Source: Amoebophrya sp. A120 | Lineage: Eukaryota; Protista; Dinoflagellata | DNA: 64,000 bases | NCBI GenBank assembly: GCA_905178155.1 | Contig: CAJINV010000007.1 | Location: 2,337,151-2,401,150, forward strand | Direction of reading: 5' to 3' | In this document: positions 39,614-51,600 of the stretch, one piece after another | How positions within the stretch are numbered: the first letter of the stretch is position 1 | Layout of the letters: the number at the start of each line of letters is the position of its first letter | The notes under the pieces: model-generated | Database searches by the model: none | What the model was told of the DNA's origin: nothing | Seen by the model: only the letters and a program-made list of their open reading frames with translations | Program-made: the position numbers and the translations under genes

Positions 39614-42600
39614 TTGGAGACAGCGGGGCTCTGTCCGTGTTCCTCGTCGTGGTCTCCCTGAAGGTGAAGATTCAGATGCTGCTTAGATGGGATGAATATG
39701 GGAGGGGGGGCTTGTCAGCGGGCGGGCTTCAATTTTCTACGCGGTTGGGGGTAGCCTGCAGTCTGTCATGCTGGGAAGGTGGAAATGAAATTTAGAACTG
39801 AGGACGCTACGGTTTGCGAACGGGCTTTCAAAGAATGACGAGACGGCAGGCCAATTGCAACGCTTTACGATGAATGAGTGTTTGCACGAGACATTCAAAA
39901 TGGAACGAGTACGAAGCCAAGAAACAGAAGACCAACACGATGGAGCAGTCAAGATGCGACACTCACTGCACACGACCGAGGCTGACGTATTAGGGTGGAA
40001 CGGCTGCGGATACGAGTAAGGAAGGACAGAAAACGGCTGCCCGTCCATGCAAACGAAAAACACGCAACGAGGGCGAAGCCGCGTCAGCCCAAAAAAAAAT
40101 CGTGGCGCAGAGAGTGAGTGCGGCATAACCAGGGAAACGGTCCAGAAAGTGTCGGGGCTGGCCGTCGCGCCCTTGGCGACGACCATGCGCCGGCCCGCCC
40201 CTTGCGCCAGGTGGCTACCTAACCTAGACGCTGGCCTTCGGCTCCTTCCAATTTCACCACAACTTCGGCGCAGAAATGGCGACACAATAAAGGGCGAGCC
40301 AAAAAGACCGCGGCTGGGCGCAGCACCCTCGGCAACCCAAGCAGCGACCGCCCCCCCGGCCTGCCTCCGGTCGCCGGGTGGCTGGGTGGATCCGGGCCCC
40401 CGGGCGGGGCTTGCTACCTTGCACAGCGCCGGCACCGCACAGAAAATACTTACGGCGCCACCGCAAAAACAAATGCTGGGCGCCGCGTTTGGGGGTAGGA
40501 CTCTAACCCCCCTGCCCCAAAGCAATGCATGCGCACCACTAACGCCAGGGAGAAGGCCATGCCTCTGGCATGGTTGCAAAATATAGCAGCGCCCGGGCCC
40601 CCCGACGCTAGTTTTTGCCGCGGGGCGCGCCCGCCGTGGGGCGTTACGAATCCTCCCACACACAGCCGCGGACCTTGTTTGCTGGAGTCTGTCTTATCTC
40701 GTCGCGGGCGCGGGCGGCGCGCCTGCCATGCGCTGCCGCCTGGCGCCCGGCGTTTCCATTTCGTTCTGCAAGCATCAGTCAGTGCGCGGGCGCGCGCGGC
40801 CGCGCGGCGCTGACAAATATAGCGACACCCGTGCGCCCCCCCCCACCGAGGCCACCAGCTGCGCCCGTTCAATGTATGCCCGGCCCCCCGCTAGCCCGAC
40901 GGGCGGGCGCGACCAGAGCGGGGGCTGCCCCTTTCTTTGCCACGCATTTCGTGGGCCCAGTGTTTGCCGATATGCCGCCACCGCTCTTCGCCTCCGCCCC
41001 AATGGACTGACTCACACCGGGGCCGGCTTCTGCGCATGGGTGTCCAGCGGCTCTGGTTTGTTCGTTGCTGCTTCTGACTGGTTGCGCCGCCACACGGACC
41101 ATGCTAATACGCGAACGCGCGCCACACCACATGGCCAAACGGGCCTACCCTGCCACCCCGCCTCGGCGCGTGCCCTGGCTTCGGTCGGTTGCTGCCGCCA
41201 GCGGACCAGGTTGGTTTCCCGGGTCGCGATCGAAACTAGCAAAAAGGGCTCCGGAGCACAAACAGGCAACGGGAAACAACAAGCCCCGGAGGGTCAAAGG
41301 ACCGGGGCGCGCGACCATGTTTTTGCACTAGAATGCTACCGCTTGCGCGCCTTGCTTCTCTCTTTGGCAGTTCATTGACAGATCCCCGGAGAAGCTCCGC
41401 GCGCCCGCCCGAAGGCGTCGGCCGCCACCGGCTTCGATCGCTTTCTCTCTTAGATTCATGGCCCTGGGCTTGCAACTGGCGGCACACACAGGCAACCGGG
41501 GGAGAACTAGAACAGAAAGAACAAACGAGCTCGGACCAAATTAATGCCCAAGGCCCAAAAAGGGCAACAGGACAAACTACCGAGCAGACAAACACGGCGG
41601 CCCGGTGGGTCCCAACCAAACGCGCGAACACAAAAGACCTGCAAAGGAGCCGCGCAGGGCGGCAGCCCTTTGGGCATTCCGGGAAAGCGAGCGACCTCGC
41701 GCACGCTTTTGCTTCACTTCGCGGCAGCCGCGGAACTTCCTCAAAGTCGCCAACTTCTTGCACATCCTTGCGAAACCAAAGCCCGGGGGCCAAATTCGAG
41801 AAGTCACGAGCATGCACAGAGCGGACGACCGGCCAAAGGGCCCCGCAGAATTTTCCACGAAACCAATGGCCCGCCGCGTCATCATCATCATCCTAGTACG
41901 CATACCCTCCTACCGCCCGCCGCACCATCACGCCCCACCGCGATTGCAGATAGCCACCGACTTCCATCAGGGTCGGGCATGAAACCGAAAGCAGTTGCTG
42001 AAGATCATCTTCCCGCGTCTTCATTGCTAGGAACAGGATGTGAAGAAATAAATCAACGCATGACAGATGCTGGAGAGACGAGCTGTCTTCTTCTATGCTG
42101 TGGCCTTAACAATAACATCTTGCATCAAACACAGGCTACTGCCCGCAAGCTGTTGCCAGCGATAAAGCCGAAATAGAAGTACGTTGCTAGAAAACTTGTA
42201 GTCACGATAACTGCTTTCGAATTCATATCAGCCATCTCGTGTTCACTTCCAACGTGAAGCTTTTGAAGTTTGAAATTACATTTTGAAAAAGGTTTGGAAA
42301 ATGGAAGCACTAATGTTAATGTAAGGCTGCCCGGCCGCGCCTCATTTCTGCTTGTTGTACGTGAAGACATTGGGTTTTAAGGAAAACCTCAAGCCGCACC
42401 CCGAGCAGAGTTCAACGCGACCAGGGGGGGCAGCGTACTCATAAATGAGGCGCTAGCAATTAGTCACAATCTTCAGGCAACAACCTCTCCGCGAACTAGA
42501 AAACTAAAACAACAACGAACAGGAATCCAAAAAACTATATCTATACCACGATCTCCCGAGCTTTTTCCCAACAAAAGTAATCCCTGCTTCCCCGAATTCT

Positions 42601-45600
42601 TCTTGGAGCATGTCCTTCAACTCCCAATACTCCAACTGTTTTATTGTTGCACAACGCGCACTGTCGTGCGTCTATGCATTGCAAATTAATACGTCTGGGT
42701 CAGCAAATGCAAATGCAAACTTGCGATGTTGATTCTAGGTCATGATCGGGCAATAAAAACTGGGTTGCGACGTAGTCAAATTCAGCAGAAGATGCACGTT
42801 TTTGTCTTGAAACGCCAGCGCTCGCACCTCTCACGCAGGCTAGGTATGGAAAAGTCTGTTCCGCAGAACTTGCCATGCTCGGCATCTTCCAGATCCAAAA
42901 ATTGCATGACAAATATCAATTTGCTTTCTTCCAGACCCAGACATATTTGTATTTGGTAGCGTGATGTCGCAATATAATTTCATCGCAACTGATGCAGAGA
43001 AAAAAGCTTGTCACAATCACAGTCTGTCACTTCCAGTCACTAAGTTTCAGGCTTTGCATGATAAACTGTCCACCACAACTTTTCATACCTTGGCATTGGA
43101 TTGCAGAAACACTGGGATGGAAGTCCCATCTTAAATGAATGATAACGACGAACTTTTTTCCTTTGATACAACTTGGTCAACACTTGCCATCCTTTTTCTT
43201 TTTGCGTTTATCAATTTCAGATGCTATCAAGGGACACACAGAGATGACACAAGAAATGCAAGCAGCTCGTCTTTGTTAGTTGATGATGTAAATCTATTCG
43301 AGGTAGTCCCCTTAGATTATCCTCTTCCGTCCTCTAAGTCTCACGATTGCATGGATTGGTAGTCTTTCGTTATTGTTGTTTGCCTGAAAGGAGAGAGTTG
43401 AAGATGTATTGCTGCTGCTCGTTGTTTTTGCTGATCCTGTTGCTGCACCTGTGGTGATGTCTCGCCATAGATTTCGATCAAGGCAGTCCTTTGTCTTTGT
43501 TAGTTATTTGGAACTATGACAATGGAATGTGAGAGAGATGATCAAGAAATCAATATCAAGCTGCCTCGGACGACATACAAGAATAACGCGTCGCAATGTT
43601 ATCCACTGAAGTTGATCGTCGCTGAATGAAGAATTAAAGTTATCGGTCAGCAGCCGCACGCGGCAACACTTATCAAAAATAAACACTTCACTGCTCTACC
43701 TGTTGAAAGAAGGCGACTACCACAAAGCAGAACTCGGATGTTCTTGAGCAGGCCCTATTTGGTTCGCGGCCACCATGCTCTCCCGGCCTGGGTTCATGCA
43801 ATGTTGAAATAGAAGAAAAGAAACAACAATAACGAGAAACATATGATGTGAAGCTGAACAGGGCTTAACTCCAGAAATGAGGCACACGGCCGAACACTTT
43901 CTAAATTGACAGAGGTGCAGCTACCATTTTTGATATGTCCACATTGGTGGCAGACTCATCATGTTTTTTTCTCCGCAATTCTTACTGTTCTTGTGCTTCA
44001 TCTTGCTAGGGCTAAAAAGAACCTTGAAGTTGTTCAAGATCGTCGCTCTTAAGTTTTGCTCGCGGTGGATGAAGATTTTAGATGCGAATGTTGAAACCCA
44101 AATAAGATTCGACTTCTGCACACAATCGATTCATCCGAATAAATATTAAGTTGCTCAACAGTTACAGTTTTTATTGCTTGACAGGAAATAGAGGATCCAT
44201 CTATCATCGTCCAAAACAACCAGTCACAAACATGCATTCTTGGCTTGCGAAAATGTTCCGGCTGATTGAGATGACAGACGGCTTGTCCTCCTTGTCCTGA
44301 GAAGCAAACTTGTGCGTGGTAAAAATCACAGGTAGATGAATCTTGGTAACTTCGGGAGTAGATGCCTTTTGCTCTTGGTAGAACAAGAAGTTCTTGCGTA
44401 GTTGTTACAAGAAGTACAAGCGTGTAGTAGTGAAAGCTAGGTAGAGGAGCTGAAGGTCGCCAGTTCTAGGTCGTAGGCGTAGGGTCGTTAGGTCGTTCTT
44501 GCGTTTCATGATAATTGCCGCCTGCTCCTGCAAAGAGAAAGATTAGTACAGTTGCATTCGTCGTCACGGCTTGAAATTCAACTTGAATTGTTCAATCTAT
44601 AGCAGCATCATGTGGAAACCGAATAAGCTAGTGCTTGCTATAGAGAAGTCTGCGATGAAAATTCTGATACTGTAGAAACCCAATTCCGCGTGAGGGAACG
44701 ATGAACATACTGCAGTCGCGTTGTGGTCATTGTACAAGGAAAAAACTACTAGTGACCTAGGATAAAAAGAATGAGTCGTAAGTAGCGATGTCGCACTGGA
44801 GGAAATAAACAATTTTCAGTTGCAGAGCCAGAAACGGTCGTACTTCGGTTTTTGTGCTGATTTAGCACTAGAAACGCGAAGATGAAAACGTCAGAACGTC
44901 AGAAAGTCAAAATGACTTCGGACGATCACAGATTGCTGGTCGCTGAAGCGTCGCACATTGGAGGTGCTGCTCAGCTCTACTTATCCGATTGTAATGTAGA
45001 GGTACATTTTTGGTAAGTTGTGTCAAACTCAGTTCTCGAGGTTATTTGTTTTCCCAATAGAATGCTCGTCATGTGTGTATCGGTGATATCATTCGAACTT
45101 CTAGTGTCGATTTCGTGCAGGTGTACTGCTGCTGTGCCACTCGAAGCTGTAAGCACCACTCTTCTTGTCCCGCATTGACATGCTGTAGTTTTTCCGAAAT
45201 TCTAATACTGGCGTTCCCCCGTCCCCTCGGTTTAAAGTGTGGCAACATCTTCGTGGTCGTCAAACCATTCAGGTCGTACGCAACAGGCTCGCTCTTGTAT
45301 GTCAACAAGTTTAATATTTCTGGTTCTACTTTTTATCGAGAAATTTTTCACTTATTTCCCTTTTGTACTGCGTCACGAGTTTTAGGACATCAGTTCCAGT
45401 CCACAACACCACAGTGACATTGTCATTGACTTCGACAGCACACCGGAAAATACGTTTGGTCGCGAGAAACCACTACACTTTGACTATGTTGCTCCAGCGC
45501 TTGCACCACATTGATTTCATCAACCTAAAAAAATTTAAAAAACCACATCACGTCGCGAACAAAGCCATATCGAAGAAGATGCTGACGTCGTCGCGCGCGT

Positions 45601-45688
45601 GCGGTGAAGTAGACCGATATCTTTAAATACAGAAGGTCTACTACTTGGTCTTCAAGAAAGAGAAGTAGCACAGCTGTTACTTTATCTA

Positions 45689-48600
45689 TCACTTGGACGT
45701 CGACCCGGGTGCCGCACTGGCCGCCGTGGCGCCCATCTGGCTCGCGGTCCACTTGGGGTAGGCCAACACACTGGTTTGTTCTGACCAGACCCCCAAAATG
45801 TGGTGCAGCTCGTTCCACTCCCGGCGGTTCTCCCGGATGTATTCCTCGACGGTGTGTGCCTTCAGGAAGTTGTGCCTCCTTTCCTCGATCTTCTGCTGCA
45901 TCAGCGCCTGGATGCCGGTGCACTCCGCGAAGCACACGTCGAGTCCCGCAAGTATGCATTGCAAATATAATCTTGTTCTACTCTGAGTCCTCTGGAAATA
46001 AAGAGTGATGAACTCGTCGTCGTGCGTGTGGTGGCTCCTCGTCACACGAAAATGATCCGCGTTGCATGACTTGCAAAACATGCCCACTTACTGCCCATCA
46101 AAAAAGGGGCTCCAGAACTACCTGTGATCAAGATCATGTTAAGCCCCAGGCTCCAGACCTTGATCATGTGGAGCTAGAGCTAGAGGTAGAGCTTGAGGAA
46201 ACTGCAAGACAAACAAATAATGATCTCGCATTCGTCCAGACCCAGGAGACATAAATATTTGCATTGGATAGCAATGTAGTCCGACCATTTTCGGTCCGTG
46301 ACCGCGACGGACTTGAGCTTGTGCGCTAACTTGCTGTACTCCTGGCGGTTGTCGAAGAAGTAGAGGTAGATGGTGGTGAAAATTTTCGCCATCTCCATCA
46401 CGGAGGAGCCGAAGACGGAATTGAAGACGTTGTCGTCGATGAGCGCGTCAGCCAAGTACATGAAGTTCTCGTCCAAGTAGTTGACACTGTTCACGGTCTT
46501 GTAGGGCGTCAACAGCGGGATCAACTGCGCGTTCCGTTCGAACCCGGTGCACCGGATCACAATGTCCGCCTCGAGGAAGGTGCCGCTATCTTTCGTCACA
46601 ATCCCGTCTTCCGTGAAGTGGCCGATCTCGTCGGCGAGGGAGTCGAGGATGCGCAGGTGGTGCCCGATGAACCAAATGTCAGATACTGAAATCGTGTGCC
46701 CGTAGTGCTTAATCGCTCCCATCCAGCACTCGGGCATCTTGGCACCTATGGAAAAAAAAATTCTTGGGACGTCGTAGTTGTTTGCATAGCAATTTTTCTT
46801 CAGAGGATACAGTTAAAACGTTCATCAGTCTGTAACTAAGTATCTGCATGGATATGGAACGCCATAATCTACATTTACATTTTCATCTCAGCGTATGACG
46901 TTGATGCCCGATATTAATATGCATGAAACTACCTCCGCGAAACCAAGACAATACCTGTCTTCTCGTACAAATTTCGCCAGACCATCATGTTCTTCGTGTT
47001 GGTCACCGAGTCGTGTTGGAGCCCATCCGCAGAAGTTTTGTTCACGAAATTCACGTAATCGATGTACTTCGGGCAAACCTGAGTGGTGAAAAAGTCGCTT
47101 ATTCTAACTTGCGCAGTAGAGAGGTCCGGCACAAGACAAATTTCATCCTGAAGTGAAAAATTTTAACCCGTGTTGGAAAATTCTTCATCTGTAAGAAAAT
47201 TTTGCCCTGAGTTGAAAATTTTCAGGCCGGATTCTTGGCCTGCCTTGGCTTGTCTGGGTTTTGGCTTGCCAGCCAAGGCAAGAAGTTTCAAACTTGGTTG
47301 AAAAGTTTCGACCTTGGTTGAAAAATTGATTTCTTTACAGAAGTTTCAACCGTTAACAAATTGACTTCTCTGCACCACAAATTTCACCCGGTGTCGAAAA
47401 TATCTGTGCACAAACTTCAACCTGGGTTGAAGATTCTCAACCAGCGTTCAAAAAGTTCTTTCAGTTATCGGAAAAAAAATTTCAACCCAGGTTGAGAATT
47501 CCAAACCCAGGTTGAAAAATCTCGACAAGTACTTAGCATCAAGATGAAGTCATCTCAAAAATTTTACCGTTCCGTGCCTCCTGGCTAAGATCGTAACGGA
47601 ACTGGCCCCGCACTCCAACGCGGTTCTGAGATTTTCCGTGGCAAACGCGCCCATGCCGACGATCACCACCTTTTTCCCGATCCAGTCCAAATCTGCCGCG
47701 TCGTTGCTAAACCCGGACCGGATTTCCCCGCGGAACTTTTCCTCGTCTTTCCACTTGACCTGTCTCGGGATCCCGACGCGGTCGTTGATCGCCATGATCA
47801 CACCACCGGCGCGGATGGTCTTCCCCGTGCCGTTGTGGACGTCCCCGATTTGGATCTCGTAGATCTTCTGGCCGTTTTTGTTCACGTAGGTCACCGGGGC
47901 CTTCAAAAACAACCGGTTTTCCAGCGACGTCGCCACGTGGATCGCATCGGTGAGAATTTCCCTTGTGGTGGAGTGATCTTTGTTCGTGTTCACCTTGTCC
48001 ACCAACCGGTACGCGGCTTCGCTTGTGTTCACCTGCGACCGTTCGTTGGCGAAGTACTTCCAAATCCCGCCGATGTGGTCGTTTTTCTCGAGGAGCGCAA
48101 AGTCCTTCCCCTTCTTCTTCATTTCGGACGCAACATGCAACCCGGTTAACCCAGCGCCGATGACGACCACCTCGTAGAAGTCCTTCAGGTCGGCTTCCGC
48201 CTTCTCCAGATACCGGTCCTCGATGTGCAAACTCATCGGGTCCAACACCGTGCCGTGGTACACCACCGACCGGATTTTGTCGAACACAACCGTATATGCA
48301 TAGCAAAAGTACCATACTAGGTAGTAGTAGTACAGTAAGAATAGCATTACAAATTCCCGAAACATGTGAACAAACATGGTCTGGTGCAATTTGTAATGCT
48401 AAATCAGACAGGAATTGACATCTGTAATGCTGTGCTGCATATTAGATTTACACCGCACGAGTACGATACTTTTGCAATGCATACCGTTTGGTTCGTGGGG
48501 AGCCGGAGGATCTGCTCGGGGTACGCGGGCGTGTGCTCCAGGTTTTTCAGCAAGACGCATCAAAAGGAAAAATCCCCCCTCCCTATATCAAAACGAAGTT

Positions 48601-51600
48601 TCTGATGCTGGATTTGGATACACAAATCACATTTGTGTTGCAGTAGAGGAATGCGCGCAGATCCTGAGCCTAGGCGGGGGCCTTTTGGTGTAGGCGCCTA
48701 GCATAGTAGACGGCTACGCTACCCTGTAGGCCATACAGCATGACAAATCGCCTGCATAAGGTGGCGGACAGCCTGAGTGTGCCTGCTTGCAAGACAGACC
48801 CGATTTGTGGTCACAAATCAGCAACGCAAATTTTCGGAAACATATCTTTTCGATATGGGCAGGGGAGATTTTTCCTTTTGATAAGACGCGCATCTGCATC
48901 TCGTAGAAATCGAGTTGTCCGTACATGTTCTGCCCGCCCGAGAAGTTGGTAGATTTTCCGACGACGATGAAAAACACCGGGAGCTCCGTGTAGGATTTCA
49001 TGTGTCGCGCGACCGCCTCGACGTCCTCCTGCATAATCCAGTCGGGGACGTGACTATGCAAGAAAAAAACTGCGTAAGTGTAAGTCTGTGACGAGGCATG
49101 AAATGCAAAAGTGTATACGCTTGTCATGCTGGATGTTGTGCGTCATAGGCAACTTTCATGCGTGTTTCCACGTGCTAGCTGCGCATGACAGGTTTTCCCT
49201 GTATTAGCTGTAATGCAAAACAAACTTGTGATGCTGTTTTCCCTACAAGGTTACACTTACACAGATTTTTTCCTGGATAGTGACGGATTTCCAGCTGGGG
49301 GAGGTTTCGCAGGGGTTTTATCCTGTGCAAAAGTATCGCACTCGTACTAATTGCAAACATGCGTGACAAATCTTGTTTCTTAGCCAAATCAGCATTACAA
49401 ACTCCATTTTTCCATCTGAAAAAAATTGCATTGCGATTTATACTAGTACGATGCTTTTGCAATGCATAGGTTTCTCCCCGAACCAGTACAAACGGGCCTT
49501 GGCACGGGGTTGGAAGAGGGAAACACCTGTATTTGGTGAAATTCCGTGTGCTTTTCGTGGGGTCTCGTGCATCGCGAAAGCGAAACAAAGAGAGTTCTGA
49601 AGAAAAATTCTTCAGGTTCAGAAGTAGTAGCCTTACCGAACAGCAGCTAGCTTCAGCAGAAAGAAAAACATATTCATATATGTGCGCTGCAAAATATTCA
49701 ATGCACGACTCAGCATTGCAATTGCATGCAGTAGTACAGCGGTGGGCCGCAGCGCGGTTCTTTGGGCAAGCGGGCAGGCGCGGCGGCGCGAGCAGAAAGC
49801 GCAACGAGCTGAACAACATGGACGAGAGGCTCGTGCTTCTGCGTCCTTGAGCAGCTTCTTAACAATCTTGCTGGGGGTTGAGGACCAAATGCTCATGCAG
49901 TTGTTGTGCGTTGACAAATTTATACCGTTCATCAGAATCGACGAGGCCATCCGGGCTCCCATCACCAGCGCTCGGAGCTTCATCACCACAATCTCGGTGT
50001 TGCTGTGGGACTCACTGGTCGTCGCGAACCCGCAGTCCGTCCCCGCTTTCACCCGGTCCGGTCCGACCACCTGGGCGAGCTTGCAAATCCTCTGTGCAAT
50101 GAGCTGCGCCTATGGTGAGCAAAAACGTCCCCACCCCAGAGTGAAGATGACAAATCTGCTACACAAATCAACCAGCTTCGCCTGTTACGCATGACAAATT
50201 TGGGGTCGCAGTGTAGTCGTGTTTTGCTAGTGAAGCAGCATCACAGATCTAGCATACCATTCGGATGTGAGCATCACAAACCGCAAAACACCAAGAGGGA
50301 CTGCTTCTCATGGGTCTCCGCATGAGAAACATTTTCAGCATGCAGATTTGCATGACAACTCTGGGGTGGGAACGTTTTTACTCAGGATAGCGCCGACTCG
50401 ACGTGCGGACTGCTGGTATCCACGCACCCAATCGTGATCACGGCGTTCCGAATCTTCGGCAAAATTTCGATTTCGTGCTGGTGTCTCGGGTTCGCGTTCT
50501 CGATCAGCAGGTCGTTGCAGTGGATGTCGTTCAGATTCTGCACGATTTTTTCCAGCGGGATGTCGCGGTGGTGCGAAAACCCGTAATTTCCCCAGCAAAT
50601 GTGCACCCGCACTTTATGCATTGCAAAAGTATCGTACTAGTATAAAATGCATGACAAATTAGGGCAAGAACGAAAGTGGAATTTGTAATGCGGTTTTGCC
50701 CTAGGAAAAATATTTGTCATGCATATTTGCAATTAGTACAAGTACGATACTTTTGCACAGGATACACTTTCTCCTTCGGCAATCCCGCCACTGCCTGGTT
50801 CAAAGCCTTGATCAACCCTTTTTGTACCTCGACAAACTCGCGGTCCGACATCTTCTGGAACTGCGTGTGCCTGCCCATAGCCAGATCCGGGCAGTCGACC
50901 TGGACCGTGAAACCGCGGGACACAACTTCTTTGTACTCCACGGCCAGGGCGTTCGCCAACGCGGAGAGGTACTCCTCGTCGGTTTTGTAGTGGGTGTTCT
51001 TGAAGAAAAGCGCCAGGGTTCCCGGACTGGGGCAGGAGTAGAAGGCGGAGGAGGGTTCGGTGCCGTTCCGGCGCAGCGCGTCTTCGTAGTTGTCCAGGTA
51101 CTTTTTCAGGTCGTTGGTGGATTTTTTGTAGGACACCTCCCCGACGCAGGAGGGGTTCAACGCGGGGAACCGGGTGTTCAACGTGATCAAGCTCGACTTC
51201 CCGATGAACCGCCGCGCGCAGTTGGGACACTCGGCGACGTCGTGCGGGGTGTAGGCAACCGACGCCGCGTCCCCCGCGCCGAGGAAGGCGAACCCGTTTA
51301 AGCGCGACAAGACCTCGTCGGCGTAGCTCGCCCGGTGCACCTCGCCGTCGTTGATGATGTCCAGGCCGATGTCGATCTGCTGGTAAATGTGGTCGAAGCT
51401 GGTTGCGCCGAACGACCGCGGTAGGGAGCCGACGTGGGTCGTGAGAATACCCCGCTTCTTGCCGGCGAAGGGGCGGGTGAGGTAGTAGTCGAAGGATTCT
51501 AAATCCTCGAACCCGAGCTGCTTCGGCTTCCCGGCGGCGGGCTTCGGCGCCGGCGCGGGCTTCGGCTTCTCGACCGGCTCGCACTCGAAAATCTGCTCCG

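Noticed and set aside
39737-42176. Overlapping 100-300 aa ORFs in the GC-rich island as genes
   Set aside because: No motifs, open in many frames at once, and composition differs from the verified genes.
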